This document shows, piece after piece, positions 6,399 to 15,170 of a stretch of 64,000 nucleotides of DNA. Origin of the DNA: Acutalibacteraceae bacterium. GTDB taxonomy: Bacteria > Bacillota > Clostridia > Oscillospirales > Acutalibacteraceae. The stretch lies in assembly GCA_045539695.1 (NCBI GenBank), contig JAZQFX010000029.1, positions 275 to 64,274 on the forward strand, written 5' to 3'. Made by a program: the position numbers and the translations under genes. The notes under the pieces are model-generated. The model was not told where the DNA came from, searched no databases, and was given only the letters and a program-made list of their open reading frames with translations. How positions within the stretch are numbered: the stretch's first letter is position 1; every line of letters starts with the position of its first letter.

Positions 6399-8581
6399 GA
6401 AAGAAACATACTTTTTGGGGACTAATCAATGATTCTGAATATGGAATAATACAAATCCCCAAGATACAAAGGGATTATGTACAAGGGAGAAATACTCCAC
6501 AGGTGGAATTTGCTAGACACAAGCTTTTAGACGAACTTGCATATGTGCTTTCAAAAAATAAAATAAGTATAAATTTAAACTATGTGTATGGAAAAACGGA
6601 GAAAGACTGTTTTGTTCCAATTGACGGTCAACAAAGGTTAACAACACTTTTTCTAATACATCTGTATTCATTTTCAAAAGAGAAGCGAAGCACTCAACTG
6701 AAGTTTTTGAAAGAGAGATTTATATACGAAACGCGAACAACAACAGAGCGTTTTTTGGAACAAGCAACTCAGCATTTGTTTGAATTTTTTGATAATATTG
6801 ATGAATATGAGGACATCCAGTCGTTTATAAAAGATGCTGCATGGTTTTCAAGAAATTGGTTGAACGATCCTTCAGTCAGTTCTTTTTTGACGGTATTAGA
6901 TGATATTCACCAACGTTTCAACAAAATCGAAAATATTTCAGAAATGCTTATGTCAGATGATTGTCCTATTACATTTATGGCTTTACCTATAACAAATATG
7001 GGAAAGGCAAACGATTTATATATCAAAATGAATTCACGAGGCAAACCGCTGAGTGACTTTGAAACATTCAAATCGGAATTATTTAATTATATTGATCAAA
7101 ATTATACTGAGAAATTCACCGGTTTCAAAAACAAGGTAGATAATGAATGGATAAGCATGATTTGGGATAACTGCGAAAATCCTCAAAAAACTTGTGATAG
7201 TGTGTTTATGCATTTTATCCATTGGATTATTGTTAATCGGATAATGCTTCATAAAGATAACTATTCAAAAGATGCTATTATTTCGCTAATTGCAAATAAA
7301 GGATTTTTTAATTTCACTAATTATCAATTTTTTCTACAAGATGAAAGTATCTTAGAAGATTTATATTCAACATTAGGATTATTTGAATATTTGTATAATA
7401 CTACTGAAGAAGAATGTAAAAATTTGCTAAATGTCTTCTGCAAGAAAATTCGTTTCCCTGAGTGGTCAGATAGAGTTTTACTTTTTGCGATAACAAAATA
7501 TTCAAGAACTATTGTACCCGATAAATGGAATACAACATCTTTTGGAGATTGGTATCGAACAATTAAAAACCTAGTTGACAATACTGCAATTGACCATGAA
7601 GATAGATATATTTCAGCATGTCTTAGTATTGATAATTTTAATTCTACCGCAATCGGCGACATAATATCATATTTTGCTTCAGGGTTAGAGCAAAAAATCA
7701 CATTTTTTGATAAAAAGCAATTGTCTGAAGAAATTTATAAATGTTGCCTGTTTAAAGAGAACGATTCTTGGAAAAAATCTATTATTTATGCTGAAAAGAA
7801 TAAATATTTCAAACAGGAAATTGCATTTGCGTTAAAGTTAGCCGGAGCCAATATCAATGATTTATCTACTGTCAAAACAATAGACATATTAGAATTTGAT
7901 TCTGTTTGGAAGGATGTGGAATTGCTCTATAATAATGACGGTCTAAATGTAACAGAAGTTCTATTTAGACAAGCATTGCTTACTTATGGCGATTATTCCA
8001 TATGGGCTAATTCTAGCCAAACCTTCTTTTTTGAAGGTGGAAAAGGATACTTTAATTGGCGTCGTATGTTGCGTGAAGAATCCTCATTTAATGTTTTTAA
8101 ACATCTGTTTTATGATATTCACGGTAGCGTAAGTGACCTAAAAGAATTGGAAGAAATATTAACTAAAAAAATCAGCGAATTTTCAAATAAGGATAATGAG
8201 TTTATTTATTATCTAATTAAATATCCACAATTATTCGATTACATGAGAGAAAATCGTTTTTATCTTTGCACTTCGAAAGAGCAAAAAAATCGAACAATAC
8301 TATATAGCAGAGCACGTTTAAGTGCTGAATATGCCGAAATGCATACATATATACTCAAAGTAATATTTGCTGATAAAATTAATTATCAATTTGGTCGTGG
8401 ATATCTAGATGAAGAATCCTCGTTAGCGCATATTAGTAGTGTTAATGGTGTAGAATTCTATATTGGTTATGACGGAAAATTTGTTGATGAAGAAGGTATA
8501 ACCTTAATAGATGAAAATAATCAAGAAATTTCAACGATAGAACAAGCTATAAGTTATATCAATTTCTTAATTGATCAATAA
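6389..8581 (+). CDS. Second DUF262-domain protein with a long C-terminal region that I could not assign
   Basis: Motifs present are IPKIQRDYVQGR, IDGQQRLTTLFL and MNSRGKPLSDFETFKSELF. It overlaps the upstream gene by 10 nt. No HNH or DUF1524 motif was seen. Confidence 0.75.
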   Translation: MSIGKKHTFWGLINDSEYGIIQIPKIQRDYVQGRNTPQVEFARHKLLDELAYVLSKNKISINLNYVYGKTEKDCFVPIDGQQRLTTLFLIHLYSFSKEKRSTQLKFLKERFIYETRTTTERFLEQATQHLFEFFDNIDEYEDIQSFIKDAAWFSRNWLNDPSVSSFLTVLDDIHQRFNKIENISEMLMSDDCPITFMALPITNMGKANDLYIKMNSRGKPLSDFETFKSELFNYIDQNYTEKFTGFKNKVDNEWISMIWDNCENPQKTCDSVFMHFIHWIIVNRIMLHKDNYSKDAIISLIANKGFFNFTNYQFFLQDESILEDLYSTLGLFEYLYNTTEEECKNLLNVFCKKIRFPEWSDRVLLFAITKYSRTIVPDKWNTTSFGDWYRTIKNLVDNTAIDHEDRYISACLSIDNFNSTAIGDIISYFASGLEQKITFFDKKQLSEEIYKCCLFKENDSWKKSIIYAEKNKYFKQEIAFALKLAGANINDLSTVKTIDILEFDSVWKDVELLYNNDGLNVTEVLFRQALLTYGDYSIWANSSQTFFFEGGKGYFNWRRMLREESSFNVFKHLFYDIHGSVSDLKELEEILTKKISEFSNKDNEFIYYLIKYPQLFDYMRENRFYLCTSKEQKNRTILYSRARLSAEYAEMHTYILKVIFADKINYQFGRGYLDEESSLAHISSVNGVEFYIGYDGKFVDEEGITLIDENNQEISTIEQAISYINFLIDQ

Positions 8582-8594
8582 AGGTGGAAAAATT

Positions 8595-9575
8595 ATGGAC
8601 TGTTTAGAACCAAAAAAACTTGCTCTGATAAGAATTTATCAAATTTTCAAAGTGTATAGCGACTATGATCATCCGTTAACTCAGGATGATATTTCAAATC
8701 ATTTAGAGAAAAACTATGGTATCACCATAGAAAGAAAAGCAATAAGCCGAAATATTTCTTTACTTAAAGAAGCAGGTATTGAAATAGAATCCCGCAAGGC
8801 CGGTAGTTATCTCGGGTCAAGAGAGTTTGAAGACAGTGAACTGCGTATGCTGATCGACGGTGTGCTTGCAAGCAAATACATAACCGCCAATCATTCAAAG
8901 TATTTAATCGAAAAACTTTGTAAGTTATCAAACAAATATTTTAGATCCCATGTTAAAAACATTTACTCAGTTAACGACTGGAGTAAAACGGACAACCAAG
9001 CGTTGTTCTATAACATTGAACTCATCGATGATGCAATAGAACACGGTAAACAAATCAAGTTCGATTATAACAAGTATGGTATTGATAAAAAGTTGCACCG
9101 AACCAAAACCCATCGTGCCAGTCCGTACCAATTAATCCTCCATAATCAACGCTATTATCTTATGTCGCAAAGCGAACATTGGCACAACATGGCCTATTAC
9201 AGAGTTGACCGAATAACCAATATGACTATACTAGATTTGCCATCTACTCCAATAACTTCAATCGAAGGATTCGAAAGCGGAATCAACTACAAAGAAATTG
9301 CATCTTCCCTGCCTTATATGTACACAGATAAGTTAGAGCATATTGAGTTTACAGCTCATCGTGGCATAATTGATCAAATAGTTGATTGGTTTGGTAATGA
9401 AGTTCATTTCAAGGAAATTGACAAAGATTATGTGAGTGTATCTATAAAGGCTAGTCCAAACGCAATGGAACACTGGGCTATGCAATATATTAACTACGTT
9501 GAAGTAATCAAGCCGATAGCTTTAAGAAACCGAATAAAAGAAAATATAAATAAGGCAACAAGAAAGTACAAATAA
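8595..9575 (+). CDS. WYL-domain transcriptional regulator (wHTH plus WYL, BrxR/CapW-like)
   Basis: The N-terminal winged HTH reads LTQDDISNHLEKNYGITIERKAISRNISLLKEAG. The WYL core reads NQRYYLMSQSEHWHNMAYYRVDRITNM. The start is at MDCLEP, with an AAGGTGGA RBS. Confidence 0.75.
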   Translation: MDCLEPKKLALIRIYQIFKVYSDYDHPLTQDDISNHLEKNYGITIERKAISRNISLLKEAGIEIESRKAGSYLGSREFEDSELRMLIDGVLASKYITANHSKYLIEKLCKLSNKYFRSHVKNIYSVNDWSKTDNQALFYNIELIDDAIEHGKQIKFDYNKYGIDKKLHRTKTHRASPYQLILHNQRYYLMSQSEHWHNMAYYRVDRITNMTILDLPSTPITSIEGFESGINYKEIASSLPYMYTDKLEHIEFTAHRGIIDQIVDWFGNEVHFKEIDKDYVSVSIKASPNAMEHWAMQYINYVEVIKPIALRNRIKENINKATRKYK

Positions 9576-9598
9576 ACAATACTATTAGGAGTTAGAGT

Positions 9599-10288
9599 AT
9601 GACAAAAAATGATTTTTCAATTTCCGGAGATTTGCTTTTTAGATATAACGGTGATGATAAAACAGTCGCCATTCCACAGGGAATCAGCAAAATTAGTGGA
9701 TTTGCTTTTGAAAACTGTGAAAAGCTTCTATCCGTTACCATTCCTGACGGCGTGACAAAAATCGGTGAATTTGCATTCAAAGGTTGCAAAAATCTTATTA
9801 CAGTCAACTTGCCAGATAGCTTAATCCACATTGGAGAAAGCGCCTTTGAATATTGCGATAACCTTAAAAACATTAATGTTCCCTCGCAAGTTACAAAAAT
9901 AGAGCAATGTGCCTTCTCACACTGCAAAAACCTTGCTAATGAAAAGGGATTTACAATCATAAAAAATGTTTTATATAATTACTATGGAAAAGAAAGCAAC
10001 GTTAATATTCCTAACGGTACAATTGAAATCGGTAGATTTGCATTTGGTGGTCATGGTGGTCGAATGGATAATTTAACTTCCGTCAATATTCCTGATGGTG
10101 TTATTGCAATTGACACCTACGCTTTTGACTGTTGCAGAAATCTCATATCTGTCAATATTCCTAATAGTGTGGTTTGTTTTGGCGAAGATGTTTTTGGCAA
10201 TTGTGAAAAACTAACCATTTATGCTCCAAAAGGCAGTTGCGCAGAACAATACGCATTAAATAATGATATACCATTTATTGCAAAATAA
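9599..10288 (+). CDS. BspA-type leucine-rich repeat (LRR_5) protein with no signal peptide
   Basis: It contains tandem units such as IPDGVTKIGEFAFKGCKNLITVNLPDSLIHIGESAFEYCDNL. The N-terminus MTKNDFSISGD is hydrophilic. The gene starts 24 nt after the WYL gene. Confidence 0.8.
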   Translation: MTKNDFSISGDLLFRYNGDDKTVAIPQGISKISGFAFENCEKLLSVTIPDGVTKIGEFAFKGCKNLITVNLPDSLIHIGESAFEYCDNLKNINVPSQVTKIEQCAFSHCKNLANEKGFTIIKNVLYNYYGKESNVNIPNGTIEIGRFAFGGHGGRMDNLTSVNIPDGVIAIDTYAFDCCRNLISVNIPNSVVCFGEDVFGNCEKLTIYAPKGSCAEQYALNNDIPFIAK

Positions 10289-10335
10289 AAAAACGATATA
10301 ACTTACAACACATTCATAACAATGCACCAAAAATG

Positions 10336-10388
10336 CCCCATAATTTTTGATATATTTAAAGTATCAAAGGATATGGGGTGTTTTTATT
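10336..10388 (+). terminator. Compound hairpin terminator or attenuator
   Basis: The outer stem is CCCCATA (10336-10342) with TATGGGG (10372-10378). The inner stem is TTTGATA (10346-10352) with TATCAAA (10362-10368). The tail TGTTTTTATT runs straight into the next ATG. Confidence 0.55.
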
Positions 10389-10760
10389 ATGTATGAAATT
10401 AAACTACCTACACTTGATTGGTTTATGTACGGGAATGTTTATACTGGTTCCTTCAGGCCTGATCCCTCAAAAGGATGCTTGTGCCAAACAACATTTAATT
10501 ATAAAGTAAAAATTATCGAGCATAAAAATGAACCCTATCTTGCTGCAGCTTGCTTTTATATATTACCTTGGAACTGTTGTTCAAATATGGATGAAATTAC
10601 TCTCGGCCGTTTCGAAGCAAGCACATTTGGAATCGAAGTTGCTGAAAACTGGCTCAGAAACAAATTTATATCAGATTACAAATTAGGAATACCTGAAAAA
10701 CTTCTAAAATCTCTACCGCACCAAAAACGGTACATCAAATCTTGTAATATAAGCTTGTAA
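10389..10760 (+). CDS. Hypothetical protein (123 aa)
   Basis: The ORF is followed after 22 nt by the AAA+ gene. The start is uncertain because no good RBS precedes it. No motif was recognised. Confidence 0.45.
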   Translation: MYEIKLPTLDWFMYGNVYTGSFRPDPSKGCLCQTTFNYKVKIIEHKNEPYLAAACFYILPWNCCSNMDEITLGRFEASTFGIEVAENWLRNKFISDYKLGIPEKLLKSLPHQKRYIKSCNISL

Positions 10761-10781
10761 AAAAGAAATGGAGGATATGTT

Positions 10782-12800
10782 ATGTTGTTTTATAAGATTG
10801 ACACAACCCTTATTGATGAAGATTCCCTTCCTACTTCCAGAGAGCGTGACAGTTTCAGAACGTTAGCAGCAGAATATAAAGAAAAGAGCGACTCATTCTA
10901 TCATAAAATCAAAGAACAAAGATTTTTCTTTGTTTCAAATACAAATAACGGACACGTCGTTATGGGTGCTATCTCAAATGATGCCAGCACAATCGAAAAA
11001 GATTGTAACAAATATATTAGATTGCTTGGCATCAAGGTAAATAACATCCATATTGAGGAGATCACGCTGCGTTCTATGGATTCTTTGCTCTCAACTGCAA
11101 GTCGAAATGACTTTGTTAACAGTGATGATGAAATCCTTGAACGCTTTGGAATTGATTGCCTTGTTGGTCATAGAAGTTATTCAGAGTATGGAGAATCTAT
11201 GATTGACACAAGCTTAAACAAAGACGAACTGATTAAAAAATCCAATAATCTACTGATGGAAGATACGCTTACCGCAGAAATAAATCGAATCTATGAGGTC
11301 CCGGCTGCTAAGAACTCAAGTGGACACCCTGTTCATTATCTTGTTAGAACAGACAATCGTGATAACAGAAAATCTATTTATAAAACTTTGCTTTCTGCAT
11401 TATATTCAAATAATCGTGTGAAGAGCAAAAGATATTGTTTTGTAGATTATGATGATAGAAGCAATCTGCCAGATGGTGAATACGAAGCTTTGTATCGTAG
11501 CTGTGAAAACAGTGCGATTATTGTAAGGTATTCTACCGAAGAGTCAAGCGGCGGTCAGTTTGCCAAATCCGGAGAGAATGTTATTGCTGCACTTTGCGAA
11601 TTTGCTCTTAGATATAGGAACAAAGTTTTAACGGTATTTTGCTTACCGATTGAAGCAGAAAAAGCACGCTCCGTGCTTCTGAGCAATCTTAACAACACAT
11701 CTTTAATCGAATTGCGTGAGGATGTTGTGAATTCGGAAAGAGCTAACGAATATCTTAAAATAATGGCCAAGAACTACAAAATCAGAACAGACAAAAATCT
11801 TTTTCCTGTATGTAAAGAAGGTCAATTATTTACCGCAACAGAATTAAGAGATATCTTTGATAAATGGTACGACCAAAAACTTCGAAATAACATCTTCCCT
11901 CAATATAAAGAGGCTCAAACTGTAAAAAGCGATATTGTAAAAGCAAAACCATGTGGTAGCGCTTATGATGAACTAAGTGAAATGGTTGGTCTTTCCAAAG
12001 CCAAGGAAACCATTGACCAAGCGCTTAATTTCTACAAAGCACAGAAGCTATTTAAAAATAAAAACATTTCCTTTAATCGCCCTGCTATGCATATGATTTT
12101 TGCAGGCAATCCCGGAACTGCTAAAACAACCGTTGCTCGTCTCTTTGCGCAAATAATGAAAGAGAACGGACTTTTATCTAAAGGCAATTTGTATGAAGTC
12201 GGTCGGGCAGATCTTGTTGGTAAATATGTAGGTCATACTGCACCACTTGTAAAGCAAGCATTTAAGAAAGCGCGCGGAAGCGTGTTGTTTATTGATGAAG
12301 CATATTCACTTGTAGACGACAAGGACGGGCTTTTTGGTGATGAAGCAATAAACACTATTGTTCAAGAAATGGAGAACAATCGTGATGATATGATAGTGAT
12401 TTTTGCCGGCTATCCAAATAAAATGGAACAGTTCCTCAGTAAAAACCCTGGTCTGCGTTCTCGCATCGCTTTCCACATTCCTTTTGAAGACTATTCTTCT
12501 AACGAGCTTTGTGACATCGCAAAGATGATTGCTTCTTCACGCGGTCTTGCATTATCAGATGATGCCGTATGCAAATTGGATAGCATATTTTCTGATGCAA
12601 GAAAGAACAGCGATTTTGGCAACGGCAGATATGCCCGCAATCTTATCGAAAAGGCGCAAATGGCTCAAACAAACCGCCTACTCAAAGGTGACATCAACAG
12701 TATAAATGATGAGATTTTAAGCACAATTACTGCTGATGATATCGAAACACCCAAAATTTGTTGCGAAACTCCTAAAGTTAAAATCGGCTTTGCTTCATAA
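10782..12800 (+). CDS. CbbX/SpoVK/EccA-type AAA+ ATPase with a large N-terminal region of about 400 aa
   Basis: Walker A is FAGNPGTAKTTVARLFA and Walker B is VLFIDEAYSL. Also present are EAINTIVQEMENNRDDMIVIFAGYPNKMEQF and NPGLRSRIAFHIPFEDYS. The N-terminal part (HPVHYLVRTDNRDNRKSIYKTLL...) looks like a degenerate second AAA-like module. Confidence 0.85.
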   Translation: MLFYKIDTTLIDEDSLPTSRERDSFRTLAAEYKEKSDSFYHKIKEQRFFFVSNTNNGHVVMGAISNDASTIEKDCNKYIRLLGIKVNNIHIEEITLRSMDSLLSTASRNDFVNSDDEILERFGIDCLVGHRSYSEYGESMIDTSLNKDELIKKSNNLLMEDTLTAEINRIYEVPAAKNSSGHPVHYLVRTDNRDNRKSIYKTLLSALYSNNRVKSKRYCFVDYDDRSNLPDGEYEALYRSCENSAIIVRYSTEESSGGQFAKSGENVIAALCEFALRYRNKVLTVFCLPIEAEKARSVLLSNLNNTSLIELREDVVNSERANEYLKIMAKNYKIRTDKNLFPVCKEGQLFTATELRDIFDKWYDQKLRNNIFPQYKEAQTVKSDIVKAKPCGSAYDELSEMVGLSKAKETIDQALNFYKAQKLFKNKNISFNRPAMHMIFAGNPGTAKTTVARLFAQIMKENGLLSKGNLYEVGRADLVGKYVGHTAPLVKQAFKKARGSVLFIDEAYSLVDDKDGLFGDEAINTIVQEMENNRDDMIVIFAGYPNKMEQFLSKNPGLRSRIAFHIPFEDYSSNELCDIAKMIASSRGLALSDDAVCKLDSIFSDARKNSDFGNGRYARNLIEKAQMAQTNRLLKGDINSINDEILSTITADDIETPKICCETPKVKIGFAS

Positions 12801-12813
12801 AGGGGCTGACACA

Positions 12814-13635
12814 ATGTATATTACAAAATTACATATTGTAGGTTTCGGAAACATCACTTCCGAAACCTTCTCCCTCAACGAACAACCCTCAATCATTAAA
12901 TCGGATTTTTGCGATGAAATTGTCGCAGCTTTGAAATTAATTTTAGGTTACAGCAACAAAGTATACTATTTAAAAAAATCAAGCATCATAAATGCCGAGT
13001 TCAATGGCGAGTCGAATATTACAGTTACATATTCAGGCAGCAAACTCAAAGCCTACAATGAACAAGGCGAAGATATTACTGAAGATTACTTAAACATCAT
13101 GTCTCACAATTCAGAGGAAGATTCATTAAATGTTTTTCAGCATTTCAAAAAACAAAAATATCCTCATAGGCTTCTAAAGTACAAGGATATGGATAGATAT
13201 TACGGAGAACACGATTTCAGAAACATCACAGATGGATATGGAGTTACAAGAAGTTTTAGAGCTTTTTTAAATGAATACATTAAAACCTTTAATCCTATTA
13301 AAATCAATCAAGATAAAGAATATTTTGTTCATCTGCTACCATCTGGAGAATTTGTTGTCAAATATAAAGACGAGCCTATTACACCTTATCTTAGTGAATC
13401 TGAATCAGTATTGTATCATTATATCTGTTTTTTGTGCCTTGCTGATTTTTGGAGCCGCGCCGAAAGTATTCGTAACATAAACCGGATTAATAAGCCCATT
13501 ATCATATCTGACTTTTTAGAAAGAATCGATAGTTCTATTAATCTTTCCGACATTATGAAACGTACTTTGAATTTAGAAAGACAAACAATAATAATTGTAC
13601 CCAAAAAGTGCAATGACTTGGAGTGTGACACATAA
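12814..13635 (+). CDS. Hypothetical protein (273 aa). The N-terminus resembles an SMC/RecF-type ATPase head but lacks Walker A.
   Basis: The N-terminus MYITKLHIVGFGNITSETFSLNEQPSIIKSDF has the beta-strand pattern of ABC/SMC heads, with no GxxGxGKS motif. The C-terminal PIIISDFLERIDSS is Walker B / D-loop-like. An AAAGGGG RBS precedes the start. Confidence 0.5.
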   Translation: MYITKLHIVGFGNITSETFSLNEQPSIIKSDFCDEIVAALKLILGYSNKVYYLKKSSIINAEFNGESNITVTYSGSKLKAYNEQGEDITEDYLNIMSHNSEEDSLNVFQHFKKQKYPHRLLKYKDMDRYYGEHDFRNITDGYGVTRSFRAFLNEYIKTFNPIKINQDKEYFVHLLPSGEFVVKYKDEPITPYLSESESVLYHYICFLCLADFWSRAESIRNINRINKPIIISDFLERIDSSINLSDIMKRTLNLERQTIIIVPKKCNDLECDT

Positions 13636-13994
13636 TGGATAATAATGAGAAAAAAGAACGTATGATGAATGCCATTAGATTATGGTGTATAGAACAGGGA
13701 TTAAACGAAATCACAGATAATGAAACCTATTATTACTATACAGATATTGCATTCACGAAAGATAATAAGGTAACAGGTTTCATTTTTGAGTTTGATAGAG
13801 ATGATGAGCGACTCATGTTTAGGATGGTGTTTTCAAAAGACATCTGTGATTATGTTTATGTGGTTACAGATGACTCTAAAAAGCGAAAAGAACTATCTGA
13901 AAAAATCATGGATGAATACGGATTACTTTGCTATTCCAATAGTTTTGGGTTGGGATATGTTTATCAAGTTTTAAAGGAACCATCATTATTATAA
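13635..13994 (+). CDS. Hypothetical protein (119 aa)
   Basis: The start codon overlaps the upstream stop (TAATG). No motif was recognised with confidence. Confidence 0.5.
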   Translation: MDNNEKKERMMNAIRLWCIEQGLNEITDNETYYYYTDIAFTKDNKVTGFIFEFDRDDERLMFRMVFSKDICDYVYVVTDDSKKRKELSEKIMDEYGLLCYSNSFGLGYVYQVLKEPSLL

Positions 13995-14027
13995 TCAACT
14001 ATTTTTAACACAAAAAGGATTGATCAG

Positions 14028-14465
14028 ATGAATGAAAATATAAATACCTTTGATTTTTTAAACCCTATCGGTCATATTGAAGTCGGTGATAAACCGATTA
14101 AGTTATCCAACATTTCGGATAACTTACAAACAGGAAATTTAGTCGTTGTTTTTTCAGATAGCAATAAAGATTTCGAGAACCTAGCAAAAAAGTTATGCAA
14201 CCAAAAGAACCTATTGATATTGAACAAAGGAATAAAGAGCTTCTCGTTTTTGAAAAAGAAATCCCAAAAGCTTAATAAGACGGTATTTGTAAAACTTAAT
14301 ACCAAAAAGCTCGACAAATACAAACGAAAAAAACATTTTACAAAAAAAGTTTCACTCAGCCTACACATTAAACATAAACCATATTACTATATAGCAGGTT
14401 GTAAAAATCACTCTACTGACTTTAATATTGGATGGACTGTGATAGGGTTAGAAGAGATAGCATAA
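14028..14465 (+). CDS. Hypothetical Lys-rich protein (145 aa)
   Basis: An AAAGGA RBS is present. The gene lies 33 nt after the previous one. Confidence 0.45.
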   Translation: MNENINTFDFLNPIGHIEVGDKPIKLSNISDNLQTGNLVVVFSDSNKDFENLAKKLCNQKNLLILNKGIKSFSFLKKKSQKLNKTVFVKLNTKKLDKYKRKKHFTKKVSLSLHIKHKPYYYIAGCKNHSTDFNIGWTVIGLEEIA

Positions 14466-14503
14466 TTTTTTATATCTGTGTCTGCAATTACATTTATTTA
14501 TAC

Positions 14504-14532
14504 TTGAAAGAAATATAAAAGCATATTATAAT
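14504..14532 (+). promoter_or_regulatory. Sigma-70 type promoter
   Basis: TTGAAA (14504-14509), a 17-nt spacer, then TATAAT (14527-14532). Confidence 0.5.
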
Positions 14533-14570
14533 TTTAGAAAAAGAGTGTTTTAGAAGGGGGGGTTAATACA

Positions 14571-15155
14571 ATGGAAAACATAAAAGAAAAGCTAATTAAT
14601 GATATGCTAGCAATTTTGTTTGATAAAAATGATATCACTTCGTATTCAAGAAATCATATTATAGATATGTATTGTTGGTTATTAACCGAACGAGTATATA
14701 GTTCAAATGACGGTAAGACTAAAAATGTAAAATACGCAGGGTGCAATTATTGGAGCGAACTAGCCATAAATAAATATAAAAAAAATAGTAGTGCAAATAA
14801 ATATAAAGGTTTAAAACATGAGCATGTGGTTCCGCGACGCCTGTTTAGAAAATACTTATATGATTTAATTGATGAATATGGTGAAAAATGTCCTGATAAA
14901 GAGCAAAAAAGAAAAATTAGAGAACAAATCAATGATTGCTTTATTGGCTGCGTTGTAACTTTCGAAGAAGCAGCAGCGATAGATGAACTATATAAAGATA
15001 GCTTTCCCGATGGCACAGAATCATTATCAAATATCAAAAAAGAAAATATTTGGGAAAGATATAAAAACATTGACAATATTAAAATCAAAGAAGTAGAATG
15101 GGAATTTACCGCTGATAAATGGAGTATAGTGAAAGAAACAGAAATCAATATATAA
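14571..15155 (+). CDS. Hypothetical protein (194 aa) with a possible His-Me/HNH-like motif
   Basis: GLKHEHVVPRRLF and, downstream, CFIGCVVTFEEAAAID are reminiscent of DUF1524/HNH cores. This assignment is weak. A strong GGGGGG RBS is present. Confidence 0.5.
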   Translation: MENIKEKLINDMLAILFDKNDITSYSRNHIIDMYCWLLTERVYSSNDGKTKNVKYAGCNYWSELAINKYKKNSSANKYKGLKHEHVVPRRLFRKYLYDLIDEYGEKCPDKEQKRKIREQINDCFIGCVVTFEEAAAIDELYKDSFPDGTESLSNIKKENIWERYKNIDNIKIKEVEWEFTADKWSIVKETEINI

Positions 15156-15170
15156 AAAGGAGTTTTTTAA

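Noticed and set aside
7324-7701. Antisense or shadow ORFs inside long genes. Examples are 7324-7701, 9592-9960, 14747-15148, 30530-30967, 40593-41081, 51340-51861 and 52940-53377.
   Set aside because: Each lies wholly within a well-supported gene on the opposite strand or in another frame. None has an RBS, and their compositions are low-complexity or skewed.
12736-12813. Upstream start codons proposed by the ORF track for several genes (12736, 8571, 10347, 21138, 23566, 31815, 39538, 41092, 42043, 46947, 60507, 62675, 4348, 1378)
   Set aside because: Downstream starts have proper AGGAGG-type ribosome-binding sites, avoid long overlaps with the preceding gene, and match the conserved N-termini of the families.
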